DNA from: an uncultured Rhodobacterales bacterium
Lineage (GTDB): Bacteria > Pseudomonadota > Alphaproteobacteria > Rhodobacterales > Rhodobacteraceae
Length of the DNA: 52,402 bases
Reading direction: 5' to 3'
NCBI GenBank assembly: GCA_964384315.1
Contig: CAYLLD010000001.1
Span: 5,224 to 57,625, forward strand
In this document: positions 15,261 through 24,422 of the stretch, piece by piece
How positions within the stretch are numbered: position 1 is the stretch's first letter
How the letters are laid out: each line of letters opens with the position of its first letter
Program-made: the position numbers and the translations under genes
The notes under the pieces: model-generated
Databases searched by the model: none
Seen by the model: only the letters and a program-made list of their open reading frames with translations
What the model was told of the DNA's origin: nothing

Positions 15261-16040
15261 CTATGCGTCCAAATTGCGGTTGATCTTACGTAAACCCGCC
15301 CGTGCTTTTAGCTCTGCCATTATGCCAAGCTGGCTGCCACGAAACTCTCGCCCAATGTTTAGATCCTGCGGCTCGCCAACGAGCGGCCCCTTTTGTGCGG
15401 CTTTAAGCACGTCGATGTAAGACCGCGTACCCGCCAGCACAGCACGCGCGAAAACCGCATGGAGCCCGTCACCTTTGACAAGCTGCGCCTGCTGGGTCGC
15501 AAAGATGCGCCCACCGTCCACATCCGATGTACATTCATGCACCGTCGCACCGATCATATGCGGCTCATTGAAGGCGAGCGGCCAAAAGGCGCAAGCGACG
15601 CCGCGATACCAAGGGCTAAGGCCCGTGTGCATATTCAGTGCAACCGTGCCCGCAAGTTCCAGCACATCGTCGGGGATGATCCCGGTGCCATAAATCGCTA
15701 GAACATCTGGTGTCTCAGCGCGCAACTGCTCGGCCAAGACCCCGGCGCGGGGGCGACCTACGCGTGATACAAGATCATCGCGTTTGATGGCATGGCTATC
15801 CTCGCCCAGAACCGTGATCAAAGCGGCATCGCGTGCTGCCGCATCGCCGATGAGTTTCAAATAGAGGCTGCGCAGGGTCTTGGAGACAAAGCGTCCCGGC
15901 GTTGCGCGCAGCATCTTTTTCCACGACCGTGGCGGGGTTGGATCGCAAACAAAAATCGCGGCGACATCCATTGCCGCACAAATCTGGTTCGTGACATAAT
16001 TATGGGCGGGGCTATCGCCGGTGATGATGACGGTTTTCAT
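15261..16040 (-). CDS. Formyltransferase-family protein (N-terminal Fmt/PurN/ArnA-type catalytic domain only)
   Basis: MKTVIITGDS..., ALNMHTGLSPWYRGV (NxHxSxLPxxRG-like), GATVHECTSDVDGGRIF (catalytic His...Asp). Confidence 0.75.
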   Translation of the reverse strand: MKTVIITGDSPAHNYVTNQICAAMDVAAIFVCDPTPPRSWKKMLRATPGRFVSKTLRSLYLKLIGDAAARDAALITVLGEDSHAIKRDDLVSRVGRPRAGVLAEQLRAETPDVLAIYGTGIIPDDVLELAGTVALNMHTGLSPWYRGVACAFWPLAFNEPHMIGATVHECTSDVDGGRIFATQQAQLVKGDGLHAVFARAVLAGTRSYIDVLKAAQKGPLVGEPQDLNIGREFRGSQLGIMAELKARAGLRKINRNLDA

Positions 16041-16043
16041 AGA

Positions 16044-16943
16044 TCAAAAGCCCATACGATGGCGCAAACTGCGTAGCCTTGGTTTGACACCCAAATGCAG
16101 GTTGAGCTGCGCAGGCGTTTCGTCGTGCAAAGAGGTTCGATACCAGATGTCTGGGGCCGGACGGTGCGTGTTTGCGCGGGCATGTACAAGAAAAATCGCG
16201 CTGTGACCGGTTTCGCGCAAAGCCTTGAGCACAGTGGCAGGCAGATCAGTTTCATGGCCATAGGGCACTGAAAACGAACGTATTTTTTTCTGTGTCATCT
16301 CTTCTAACATCGCTTTGGACGCGACGATTTCGCTTTCGATCTCTGCGGCATTAAGGGCGCGGCAATGCACGTGACTGGTGGTATGATTGCCCACTTCGAC
16401 GCCATAATCCGCAAGCGCAGCTAGCTCGTTTCGGGTCAAAAGCGGTGCCCTTGGGCCAAGATCAAGCGGGCCGAATGCCTCGATAATCCGCGCCTTGACC
16501 GCCTCACGCGCCACGGCCCCAAGCCGGGCCATATCGCCAACAACCAAATCCGCAATATTCTCGCGCTCTGGCACATCAATCGCCCGGCACAATTCACCAA
16601 CGCCATGCTCATTCGCCGCATAGGCAATCGCACTGTCGAGGGACAGGTCAGGCACGCCCACAAGCCCCGGGTTCACAAAAAACACCGAGGGCAAACCAGC
16701 AGGGGCCAAAACCTCGCGCGCCATGTCATGGACCGAGGCAAAAGCATCATCAAAAGTGATCAAAAGCGGCTTTTTGGGCAGCTTTCCATTAATCAACGTC
16801 TCAAGATCGATGACATCGAAATCACGGCTCACCCGTGCAACTTGCGCCTCAAAGGCCGCACGCGTGCTGGCCACACCCAGCCCCCGTTCGAAACTGGATT
16901 CCGGCCCGATGTGATGATGCAGCGTGCAAATTGGTGCCGCCAT
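16044..16943 (-). CDS. Polysaccharide deacetylase (NodB-homology, CE4-like; ArnD-like size)
   Basis: LLITFDDAFASV (TFDD motif) and GNHTTSHVH (HxxxH). The stop lies 3 nt before the formyltransferase start. Confidence 0.78.
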   Translation of the reverse strand: MAAPICTLHHHIGPESSFERGLGVASTRAAFEAQVARVSRDFDVIDLETLINGKLPKKPLLITFDDAFASVHDMAREVLAPAGLPSVFFVNPGLVGVPDLSLDSAIAYAANEHGVGELCRAIDVPERENIADLVVGDMARLGAVAREAVKARIIEAFGPLDLGPRAPLLTRNELAALADYGVEVGNHTTSHVHCRALNAAEIESEIVASKAMLEEMTQKKIRSFSVPYGHETDLPATVLKALRETGHSAIFLVHARANTHRPAPDIWYRTSLHDETPAQLNLHLGVKPRLRSLRHRMGF

Positions 16944-17092
16944 TTACGGGCCCCCTAGATATTATTATCAAAACCAGCCGTACAATTATGGCACGACAGA
17001 TTCATCACCATTTTTCAGAATTTCGTTGATTCTTTCTAAGAGGCATGACGATTTTTGAAAAAAACTGGTCAGTGCAATCTAAATGAGGCGTC

Positions 17093-18163
17093 TTAAGAAG
17101 ACGTCATCTGATTGATCTGGGCCAATTCAGCCTCAAGCACAGGGGCGTCAAGATCAAGATCTTGGGCGATTTGTTCAAAGCGCCAACGCCAATCCAGCTT
17201 TTTGAGCGCCATTTTCTGATTATGGCGCGCCAATTCAGGGGTCCAAGTTGACAGCGCCTCTTTCAGCGCCGCCAGTCCTTCGGCTCGATTATTGGCCGAG
17301 ACGTCCAAAAGCGCCTCAGGCCAAAGTTCGTGACGGGCGGCAAAATCCGTGCGCGGGGGAATGCCAGCAACAATCGCACCAGCGCCCAGCGCATCGGTCC
17401 ACCGCGACGTGATGTATTCTTTTGTGCCGTGGGTGTATTTCGAGCCATCGACCAAATTGGAATGAGCCAGCAAGAACCGGGCGCGGCGCATAAAGCCTGC
17501 GTTCAATTTCACAACTTCGGTTGGGTCATCCAAATAGGGCGGGCGGCCATGGAACGTTAGACCTTCGGCCTGACACGCCGCCGCGGTTTTCTCATCATCT
17601 TCCCAAACCGGTGGCTGACGGCCCATCCGCAGCAAATCTAGATCTTTCGTCAGCGTCGGATCGTCAAAACCACCAAGTTTCAAGGCATCGGTGCCGAAAC
17701 TCAGATAGCTCGTTTGAACGCCAGTTTTCTTGGTAATGTAGTCAACGTCATTGCCGCTGGTGACGTAAAAATGGTCAAATTTGCCACGCAGCCCAAGCTT
17801 GGGGAAGCGTTCGGTCCAGAAACTATCGATGATCCACGCATAGACCCGCCGGAACCCAAGCCGCCAATCCGGCAGTTCGGACAGCAGCAAAAGATGCTGC
17901 GGCGATGGGGCAATCAAAAGCAGATCACGACCTGTCTTTTGCCCTTTGCGCGACATGAAAGGATAAAGAACTTTCGAGGCTTTAATCGTATGACCATCGG
18001 TGTAGTTCACCGGCGCGCTCAAGCTTTCGCCCAACAGACCAACCATATGGTCAATCGGCGCCCAACCATGGCGGCCCGGTTTACAATACACAATTTCAAG
18101 CTCGGCCTGCTGATTTGCATCAGCATACTCATCGCGGCCAAAATCTAACGCTTGGTCAAACAT
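17093..18163 (-). CDS. Uncharacterised 356-aa cytoplasmic protein, possibly a GT-B-fold (Glyco_trans_1_2/CgeB-like) glycosyltransferase
   Basis: Start chosen at the ATG at 18163 with AGGAAG upstream. The C-terminal half (KEYITSRWTDALGAGAIVAGIPP...) resembles the nucleotide-sugar-binding half of GT-B enzymes. There is no TM segment or signal. Functional assignment is weak. Confidence 0.55.
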   Translation of the reverse strand: MFDQALDFGRDEYADANQQAELEIVYCKPGRHGWAPIDHMVGLLGESLSAPVNYTDGHTIKASKVLYPFMSRKGQKTGRDLLLIAPSPQHLLLLSELPDWRLGFRRVYAWIIDSFWTERFPKLGLRGKFDHFYVTSGNDVDYITKKTGVQTSYLSFGTDALKLGGFDDPTLTKDLDLLRMGRQPPVWEDDEKTAAACQAEGLTFHGRPPYLDDPTEVVKLNAGFMRRARFLLAHSNLVDGSKYTHGTKEYITSRWTDALGAGAIVAGIPPRTDFAARHELWPEALLDVSANNRAEGLAALKEALSTWTPELARHNQKMALKKLDWRWRFEQIAQDLDLDAPVLEAELAQINQMTSS

Positions 18164-18597
18164 TTTCTTCCTACGGTCCATTACACCACACTGGCACCAA
18201 AACATTTAGGCGGCACTTCAAGATCGTCACGCTCACTCAGAAGATTCGACATTCTATTGGGGTTTTTGCCGAACCGTCGCCTTGGTGCAAGTGACTGGAC
18301 GATATTCTGCCTAATTATTTTAAATGCCTCATGGCAACGATTCTGCCATGACCTTTATTTAAGCAAAAATTAGTACAAATTCACGCCACTCCCCCCCCAC
18401 AAGCAGTATTGAGCAGAAACTCGCTTTTGTACTTACCCAGTTCTAGAGTGCTAATTGGACAGAATCTTGGTGTTATTGATAGAAATGAGATGGTTTTTTT
18501 GGAAAACTTAACCTCAATCTGCTCAGGTGCGACAAGAGGCGGTCCGCTCTATCGGATCACGTTGCAAACTCAGGGCCAATCGCGCTAACAGAATTAT

Positions 18598-20118
18598 ATG
18601 ACGGATATGGCAACAGGCAGGACCGAAGGGGTCACGATGGCGCGGCTCGACCGGGCGGCGGCGCAGTACGAGCAAGCGGCAAAGCCGTTTCTGATCGTGA
18701 TTTTCATGGTGCTGGCCTTGATGCCATTTTATCTGCAGCTCGGCCCGCTGCGCATGACGCCAATCCGGTTTTTCCTGCTGATCGCCTTTATCCCGCTAGT
18801 TTTGCGTTGGCTTTCGGGGCGTCACGGCGGGATTATCATGCCCGACATCCTTTTGGCCCTGCACGGGCTATGGATGTTCATTGCAATGGTTATAACCGAG
18901 GGGTTCTCGAACTCTATCGAGTTTCTCGCCACCCAAGTGATGGAAATGTTCGGCCCTTATTTGCTAGCGCGCACCTATATTCGCGACATGGCCAGCTTTA
19001 TCTATTTTGTGCGCATCCTACTGGTCTCGATCGTGCTGCTGATCCCCTTTGCGCTGATCGAAAACATCACCAACAAACTACCAATCAGCATGTTTTTTGA
19101 CTCTTTGCCGGGGTTTGACACCTTGATCAAAGAGCAAAACGACGTGCGCATGGGTCTGTTTCGGGCGCAAGCGACCTTTCCGCATCCAATCTCGTGGGGC
19201 GTGTATTGCGCAACGATCTTTGCGCTCGCGTGGTTTGTGCCGATTGCCCAAGGTGCCGGCATGGCGGCGCGAATATTTTGGTCGGTGATCTGCACGGTCG
19301 GCTCGTTCTTATCCCTATCATCTGGCGCAATTCTGTCCGTCGGCATGCAATTCGCCTTGGTCGGCTATCACATGGTCACAGGCTGGCTGAAAATGCGGTG
19401 GCTGCTGCTGTTTGGCGGCTTTATCGCTCTTTATATTCTGATCGACCTGCTCTCAAATCGCTCACCCATTGAGGTTTTCATCTCAAAACTCGCCTTCAGT
19501 GCCCATAATGGCTACTATCGGATCGAGATTTTCAACTACGGCTGGCTTGAGGTTGAGGGCCACCCGATCTTCGGCATTGGACAGCGCGAGTTTAACCGCC
19601 CTTGGTGGATGCATTCTGCCTCGGTCGACAACTTTTGGCTGCTAACCGCCATGCGTTACGGGATACCCGGCGTTTTGTTGATGATGGCTGGCTTTTTGGT
19701 CGGTCTGTTCAAAGTCGGCTTCATGGATTTCTCGAAACGCCCCGATCTGGCGGCCTGCCAACGCGGCTATATCATCGCCATGGCTGGGCTGTTCTTCTCG
19801 CTGACGACGGTTCACCTTTGGGCCAGCGCCTTTGCCTTTATCTTTCTGCTCTTTGGCAGCGGCATTTGGATGTATACCTCTGAACTGGACCTTGGCACCG
19901 AAGACGAGGTTGCCGACGGGCCCACAGATCGGGCCGCACCGGCACGAGATACGCCCAAACGCCGCGCCGGGCTGGTGCGAAAATCGCTGGACGACGGCAC
20001 TGAGCGCAACACAGGCGTTACGCGTAGCGCTGCACCAGTTCGCAAAGAGGCTAACTTGGCCGAGCGCAAGAGTGGCCGCTATTCACGCGGCACAATCAAA
20101 CCAACCCCCAAACGCTGA
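18598..20118 (+). CDS. O-antigen-ligase/Wzy_C-family polytopic membrane protein (Wzy polymerase, WaaL-type ligase or PglL-type O-oligosaccharyltransferase) with a ~90-aa basic C-terminal tail
   Basis: About 10-12 hydrophobic segments, a large loop with DNFWLLTAMRYGIPG, and a C-terminal tail rich in R/K/P/T/D (DTPKRRAGLVRKSLDD...RYSRGTIKPTPKR). The start could instead be 18607 or 18637. Confidence 0.7.
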   Translation: MTDMATGRTEGVTMARLDRAAAQYEQAAKPFLIVIFMVLALMPFYLQLGPLRMTPIRFFLLIAFIPLVLRWLSGRHGGIIMPDILLALHGLWMFIAMVITEGFSNSIEFLATQVMEMFGPYLLARTYIRDMASFIYFVRILLVSIVLLIPFALIENITNKLPISMFFDSLPGFDTLIKEQNDVRMGLFRAQATFPHPISWGVYCATIFALAWFVPIAQGAGMAARIFWSVICTVGSFLSLSSGAILSVGMQFALVGYHMVTGWLKMRWLLLFGGFIALYILIDLLSNRSPIEVFISKLAFSAHNGYYRIEIFNYGWLEVEGHPIFGIGQREFNRPWWMHSASVDNFWLLTAMRYGIPGVLLMMAGFLVGLFKVGFMDFSKRPDLAACQRGYIIAMAGLFFSLTTVHLWASAFAFIFLLFGSGIWMYTSELDLGTEDEVADGPTDRAAPARDTPKRRAGLVRKSLDDGTERNTGVTRSAAPVRKEANLAERKSGRYSRGTIKPTPKR

Positions 20119-20239
20119 GTATTTGGTGCCCTATTTACCAAAGATGCGCACTTTTATGATGATGAACGATGGACCCAATGAGACGCGCGCCGTATAGGCG
20201 GCGCATCGACCAATCCCAAAGGCGCAAGAACCGGAACCC

Positions 20240-20815
20240 ATGTCGAATTTATTAGAAGTCACCCCGACGCAAATCCCTGATGTTGTTATTCTAAAAGCCC
20301 GCCGCTTCGGCGATGATCGTGGCTTTTTCTCCGAGCCATGGAACCGCGCCCGCATGCGCGAAGTGGGCTTGTCGATGGATTTCGTTCAGGACAACCATTC
20401 CTTTTCGGCCATCAAAGGCACCGTGCGCGGGCTGCACTATCAGGCCCCGCCCTTTGCGCAGGACAAACTGGTGCGGGTGACGCGCGGCGCGGTGATGGAC
20501 GTTGCCGTCGACGCGCGCAAAGGCTCCCCCACTTTTGGCAAATGGGTGGGCGTTGAACTATCGGCGGAAAATGGGCTGGCGCTTTTGGTGCCCAAGGGCT
20601 TTCTGCATGGCTTCGCAACACTGACGCCGGATGTCGATTTCTCTTACAAATGCACCGATTACTACAACCCTGAATGCGAAGGATCGGTTTATTTCGCCGA
20701 CCCTGACTTGGGCATTGACTGGGGCGTTGAGGCGGATCTTGACGCGCTTTCGGGCAAAGATCGCGCGGATCAGGCGTCGTCTTGGGCCGCATTCGATAGC
20801 CCGTTTACTTACTAA
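20240..20815 (+). CDS. rfbC: dTDP-4-dehydrorhamnose 3,5-epimerase
   Basis: IPDVVILKARRFGDDRGFFSE, RGLHYQ, QDKLVRVTRGAVMDVAVD, LVPKGFLHGF, YKCTDYY: classic RmlC motifs. Confidence 0.93.
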   Translation: MSNLLEVTPTQIPDVVILKARRFGDDRGFFSEPWNRARMREVGLSMDFVQDNHSFSAIKGTVRGLHYQAPPFAQDKLVRVTRGAVMDVAVDARKGSPTFGKWVGVELSAENGLALLVPKGFLHGFATLTPDVDFSYKCTDYYNPECEGSVYFADPDLGIDWGVEADLDALSGKDRADQASSWAAFDSPFTY

Positions 20816-20828
20816 GGAGCACTGAGCG

Positions 20829-21866
20829 ATGAAAATTCTTGTTACTGGGGGGGCTGGTTTTATCGGCTCAGCAGTTGTTCGTCAGGCAGTGCGTGACGGC
20901 CATAAGGTGGTTAACGTTGATGCGCTGACCTATGCGGCCTGTCTGGACAACGTAAAGTCTGTCGCAGATAGCCCGAACTACGTGTTCGAACAGGCGGACA
21001 TTCGCGACAAGGCGCGTTTGGACGAAGTTTTTGCCGCCCATAAGCCGGATGTGGTCATGCATCTGGCCGCCGAAAGTCATGTGGATCGCTCGATTGATGG
21101 CCCCGGTGAGTTCATCGAAACCAATGTGATGGGCACCTATAATATCCTAGAGGCGGCGCGCAGTTATTGGATTGAGCAAGGCTCGCCCGAGACGTTCCGC
21201 TTCCATCACATCTCGACCGATGAGGTTTACGGCTCTTTGGGTGAGACGGGAATGTTCACTGAAGACACGCCTTATGATCCGCGCTCGCCCTATTCAGCCT
21301 CGAAGGCATCCTCGGACCATTTGGTCCGCGCATGGCATGAAACATACGGCCTGCCGATTTTGGTCACGAATTGCTCGAATAACTACGGCCCGTTCCACTT
21401 TCCCGAAAAGCTGGTCCCTGTGGTCATCCTTAAGGCCCTCGCTGGGGCACCGATCCCAGTTTACGGCAAAGGCGAGAATGTGCGGGACTGGCTATATGTT
21501 GAGGACCACGCCGACGCGTTGTTGACGGTAGTGGCCAAAGGCGAAATTGGCCGCACTTATAACATCGGCGGCGAGAACGAAGCCCGTAACATCGATTTGG
21601 TCACAACCATTTGCAGTGTTCTAGATGAACTGCGGCCAGCCGATAAGCCTTACGCTGAACAGATCACCTTTGTCACCGACCGTCCCGGTCATGATATGCG
21701 CTATGCCATCGACCCAACCCGCATTCGCAACGAATTGGGTTGGCGCCCTTCGGTCACTGTCGAAGAAGGTCTGCGCAAAACAGTGCAATGGTATCTGGAA
21801 AACGAAGACTGGTGGCGCGCCTTGCAAAACCGTGACGGCGTCGGCGAGCGGCTCGGCAAAGGCTAA
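20829..21866 (+). CDS. rfbB: dTDP-glucose 4,6-dehydratase
   Basis: [50 protein letters not shown]. Confidence 0.95.
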   Translation: MKILVTGGAGFIGSAVVRQAVRDGHKVVNVDALTYAACLDNVKSVADSPNYVFEQADIRDKARLDEVFAAHKPDVVMHLAAESHVDRSIDGPGEFIETNVMGTYNILEAARSYWIEQGSPETFRFHHISTDEVYGSLGETGMFTEDTPYDPRSPYSASKASSDHLVRAWHETYGLPILVTNCSNNYGPFHFPEKLVPVVILKALAGAPIPVYGKGENVRDWLYVEDHADALLTVVAKGEIGRTYNIGGENEARNIDLVTTICSVLDELRPADKPYAEQITFVTDRPGHDMRYAIDPTRIRNELGWRPSVTVEEGLRKTVQWYLENEDWWRALQNRDGVGERLGKG

Positions 21867-21877
21867 GCGCGCATCAG

Positions 21878-22240
21878 TTAATCAGACTTATGCGCTAAAT
21901 AGTACCGAACAGCCGCTTGCACATGGCGAAACCGATCGCCGCCCAGATGCTTGCCGCCATACCAACGCGTGACCACCACTATATGGTCACGCAGATTTTC
22001 CTGCTCTAACATCCGTAAAATCAACGCGCCCGCGCCAGTTTCACCGTCATCATTTTTAATTGGGCCAGCATCGCAAACCAGACCCCAACTGTGATGCGTC
22101 GCCTTGGCAAATTTCTTACTGCGCGTGAGCGCTTTTATGAATGCCTTGGCCTCGTCTTTGCCCAAACAGACCCCGCCAGACACTGCATATTTCGAACCGC
22201 GGTCGCTGATAATATTGTCAAAGACAACAGGCTCGGTCAC
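21878..22240 (-). CDS. Short (120 aa) YigZ/IMPACT-family (UPF0029) N-terminal-domain protein
   Basis: DRGSKYAVSGG, ATHHSWG, NDDGETGAGALIL, IVVVTRWYGGKHLGGDRF. The GTG start overlaps the stop of the upstream 662-aa gene (GTGA). Confidence 0.7.
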   Translation of the reverse strand: MTEPVVFDNIISDRGSKYAVSGGVCLGKDEAKAFIKALTRSKKFAKATHHSWGLVCDAGPIKNDDGETGAGALILRMLEQENLRDHIVVVTRWYGGKHLGGDRFRHVQAAVRYYLAHKSD

Positions 22241-24225
22241 GAAAGATGCCCGCGCCCATTTCCAAGCCCGCTAGATTTCGTGGCAAAAACCGCGTCAATC
22301 GAAGCCTTGGTGGTCGCGCGGTTGGTCAGATCAATCGAGTACTGCGCATAACCAGTGGCGCCCATACTGAAATTTCCCTCAAAAATATCATCCGCTGCAT
22401 TGGTCACACTGGGCGCCCCAAGCTGCGCCCGCCAATCCAAATTGGCCATGTTGTTGCTAGAAGTTGTGCCATCGTAGGCGGCAAACTCCTGCGTCACACA
22501 TTTATGCACATGGCAGGCCTCTGCACTGCTAACGCTGGTGATATAAATCCGCGCGCGGGCATTGCCGTAGGGGCTCTCGGGGATACTAATCTTATCCCGA
22601 ACCACGGTGTTCGCCTCAATGTTCATATTTGCGCCATTGTCGACGTTGATGCCCCAAGTCGAGGACACCATGATGAAGTTATTCCGAACAGTGCCCGTCA
22701 CGCGGGTCGTGTTATTGTTCTGAAAATTGGTGAACAAGCCTTGGGTTGAATTGTGTTTTTGGTGGTTAATACTGCCGCCTTGCGCCGGCGACGGGCGCAC
22801 ACCCGCAACGGTACCCGGCGCGAGCATTGGCATGTAATTGCCTTGGATCACGAGATGATAGTCTTTGTTATCCGAGCCGGTGCCGTACTGAATACCATCC
22901 TTGTGAGCGCCCGCAAAAGTTTCGTGGTCGGTGCCGTCGAAGGAATTGAGAATATAACTATTGGTAATCTCAAGGCGGATATTACCCGGCTCGGTTTGGT
23001 TAAGGCTCTGGATCGCATCTTCAAGATAGTCCTTAAAGAAGCTGTTCACACAACGAACCCGCTCAACATCCACCGGCCAAAATCCACGGAACACACGGTC
23101 AAAATCGCAATTTTGAACGACAATCGTGTCAATAAACCGTGCCCGCAACCCGCTTGCAAAATGCCCAGCCGACACACCCTGCGGCGCGCCAAAGCGGCAT
23201 CCGTCAATGATGACTGTACCGCGGGTCGCGTAAGTTCCGTTGGACGTCACATAAAGTGCGGTTGAAAGCAGGTTGAGGTTGGTATTGGCGTAATCGGCAT
23301 TATAGCTCGAGTTGCCGGTTGGATTATCTGAATAATAGTAACCCAAAGGGTCGCTGGGCTTGAGATGCGTCGTGAAGTCAATGTCTTTAAAGGTCACCCG
23401 ATCACAACCCGCGACGATCACCCGGCCCCTGATCTCGGCACCTAGATGAGTTTCGGATCGGATCGTCAGCCGCCCCCCCGAAAAATCAACCGTAGCGTCA
23501 TTGTCGTAGGCATCATCACTCGCGCCGATATTGGGATCAACGACAGACCCATTGCCTTGAATATTATTGACGTCCATGCGTTCATCAAGGGCCCCCAAAA
23601 CCGAGCCATCGCGCAGGATAATCTGATAGTGCTGGCCGCTTGCCACCGGGGTCCGGGCGTTACCAACCGCGCTCGAAAGTTGCGATGCATTGATGATGTG
23701 TGCAGCATTCGGCACGACATTCACAAACATAGTCTGCCCGGTATTCAACTCTAGCGCATAGCCACCCGAAAGGGCGCCCGAGCCTGCGGCAGTGGGCACA
23801 ACCAGACCATTTGAAATCTCGAAATGGCCGTCGTCATTGCCGCCAATAATGGACGCGGCATTGGTTTCAATCCCGCCCGCGCCCGCAGATGTCATCGCGC
23901 CGAAATCGACCGTGCTACCAAGGCCATTCAGCGTAACAGCAACATTATAGACGGGGCTTTCATCAATGCCGTCCCAAAGCGTGTAGGAAAAACTACCGTT
24001 TGCCGCCGAGTTTGAGGTGGACGGGTGGCCCGTTACATCGCCTTGATCGTCATAACTGGCCGTTCCATCCTCTTGGACTTGAACCCGACCACTAGGCAGA
24101 TCAACAAAATGCGGCCAAGTGGTAATGATCGTACCATTAATGCGGCGCACTCGGATTTGATCCCCATCCGGGTCGGAGGCCCCATTCAAAAGGGTAATGG
24201 AATTTTTTTCGCTATATACTGTCAT
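22237..24225 (-). CDS. Leaderless 662-aa protein: N-terminal cadherin-like module plus right-handed beta-helix; candidate secreted glycanase or polysaccharide lyase
   Basis: ATG at 24225 with AGGAAG upstream. ITLLNGASDPDGDQIRV matches the LLxNDxDxDGD cadherin-like signature common in non-Sec secreted proteins. The remainder is Asn/Gly/Thr/Val-rich with beta-helix-like periodicity (VIIDGCRFG, VVQNCDFD, ITNSYILN, VRNNFIMV). No signal peptide. Confidence 0.7.
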   Translation of the reverse strand: MTVYSEKNSITLLNGASDPDGDQIRVRRINGTIITTWPHFVDLPSGRVQVQEDGTASYDDQGDVTGHPSTSNSAANGSFSYTLWDGIDESPVYNVAVTLNGLGSTVDFGAMTSAGAGGIETNAASIIGGNDDGHFEISNGLVVPTAAGSGALSGGYALELNTGQTMFVNVVPNAAHIINASQLSSAVGNARTPVASGQHYQIILRDGSVLGALDERMDVNNIQGNGSVVDPNIGASDDAYDNDATVDFSGGRLTIRSETHLGAEIRGRVIVAGCDRVTFKDIDFTTHLKPSDPLGYYYSDNPTGNSSYNADYANTNLNLLSTALYVTSNGTYATRGTVIIDGCRFGAPQGVSAGHFASGLRARFIDTIVVQNCDFDRVFRGFWPVDVERVRCVNSFFKDYLEDAIQSLNQTEPGNIRLEITNSYILNSFDGTDHETFAGAHKDGIQYGTGSDNKDYHLVIQGNYMPMLAPGTVAGVRPSPAQGGSINHQKHNSTQGLFTNFQNNNTTRVTGTVRNNFIMVSSTWGINVDNGANMNIEANTVVRDKISIPESPYGNARARIYITSVSSAEACHVHKCVTQEFAAYDGTTSSNNMANLDWRAQLGAPSVTNAADDIFEGNFSMGATGYAQYSIDLTNRATTKASIDAVFATKSSGLGNGRGHLS

Positions 24226-24422
24226 GGACACTTCCTGAGCGCTTTTCGGGCACCGGCTTGGACGCAAATCTCACAGACCTAAACCGGGCACTATCGCTGC
24301 ATTTTATCTTTGTCATAGCGTAAAGGATCACTTCAGGCATCGTACGGCGGTCATCGTACGGTGCTTATGCTAGACGAGCAACGGTCTCGGAAAATACCCC
24401 GCGGATACCTCTATGAAAGCAC

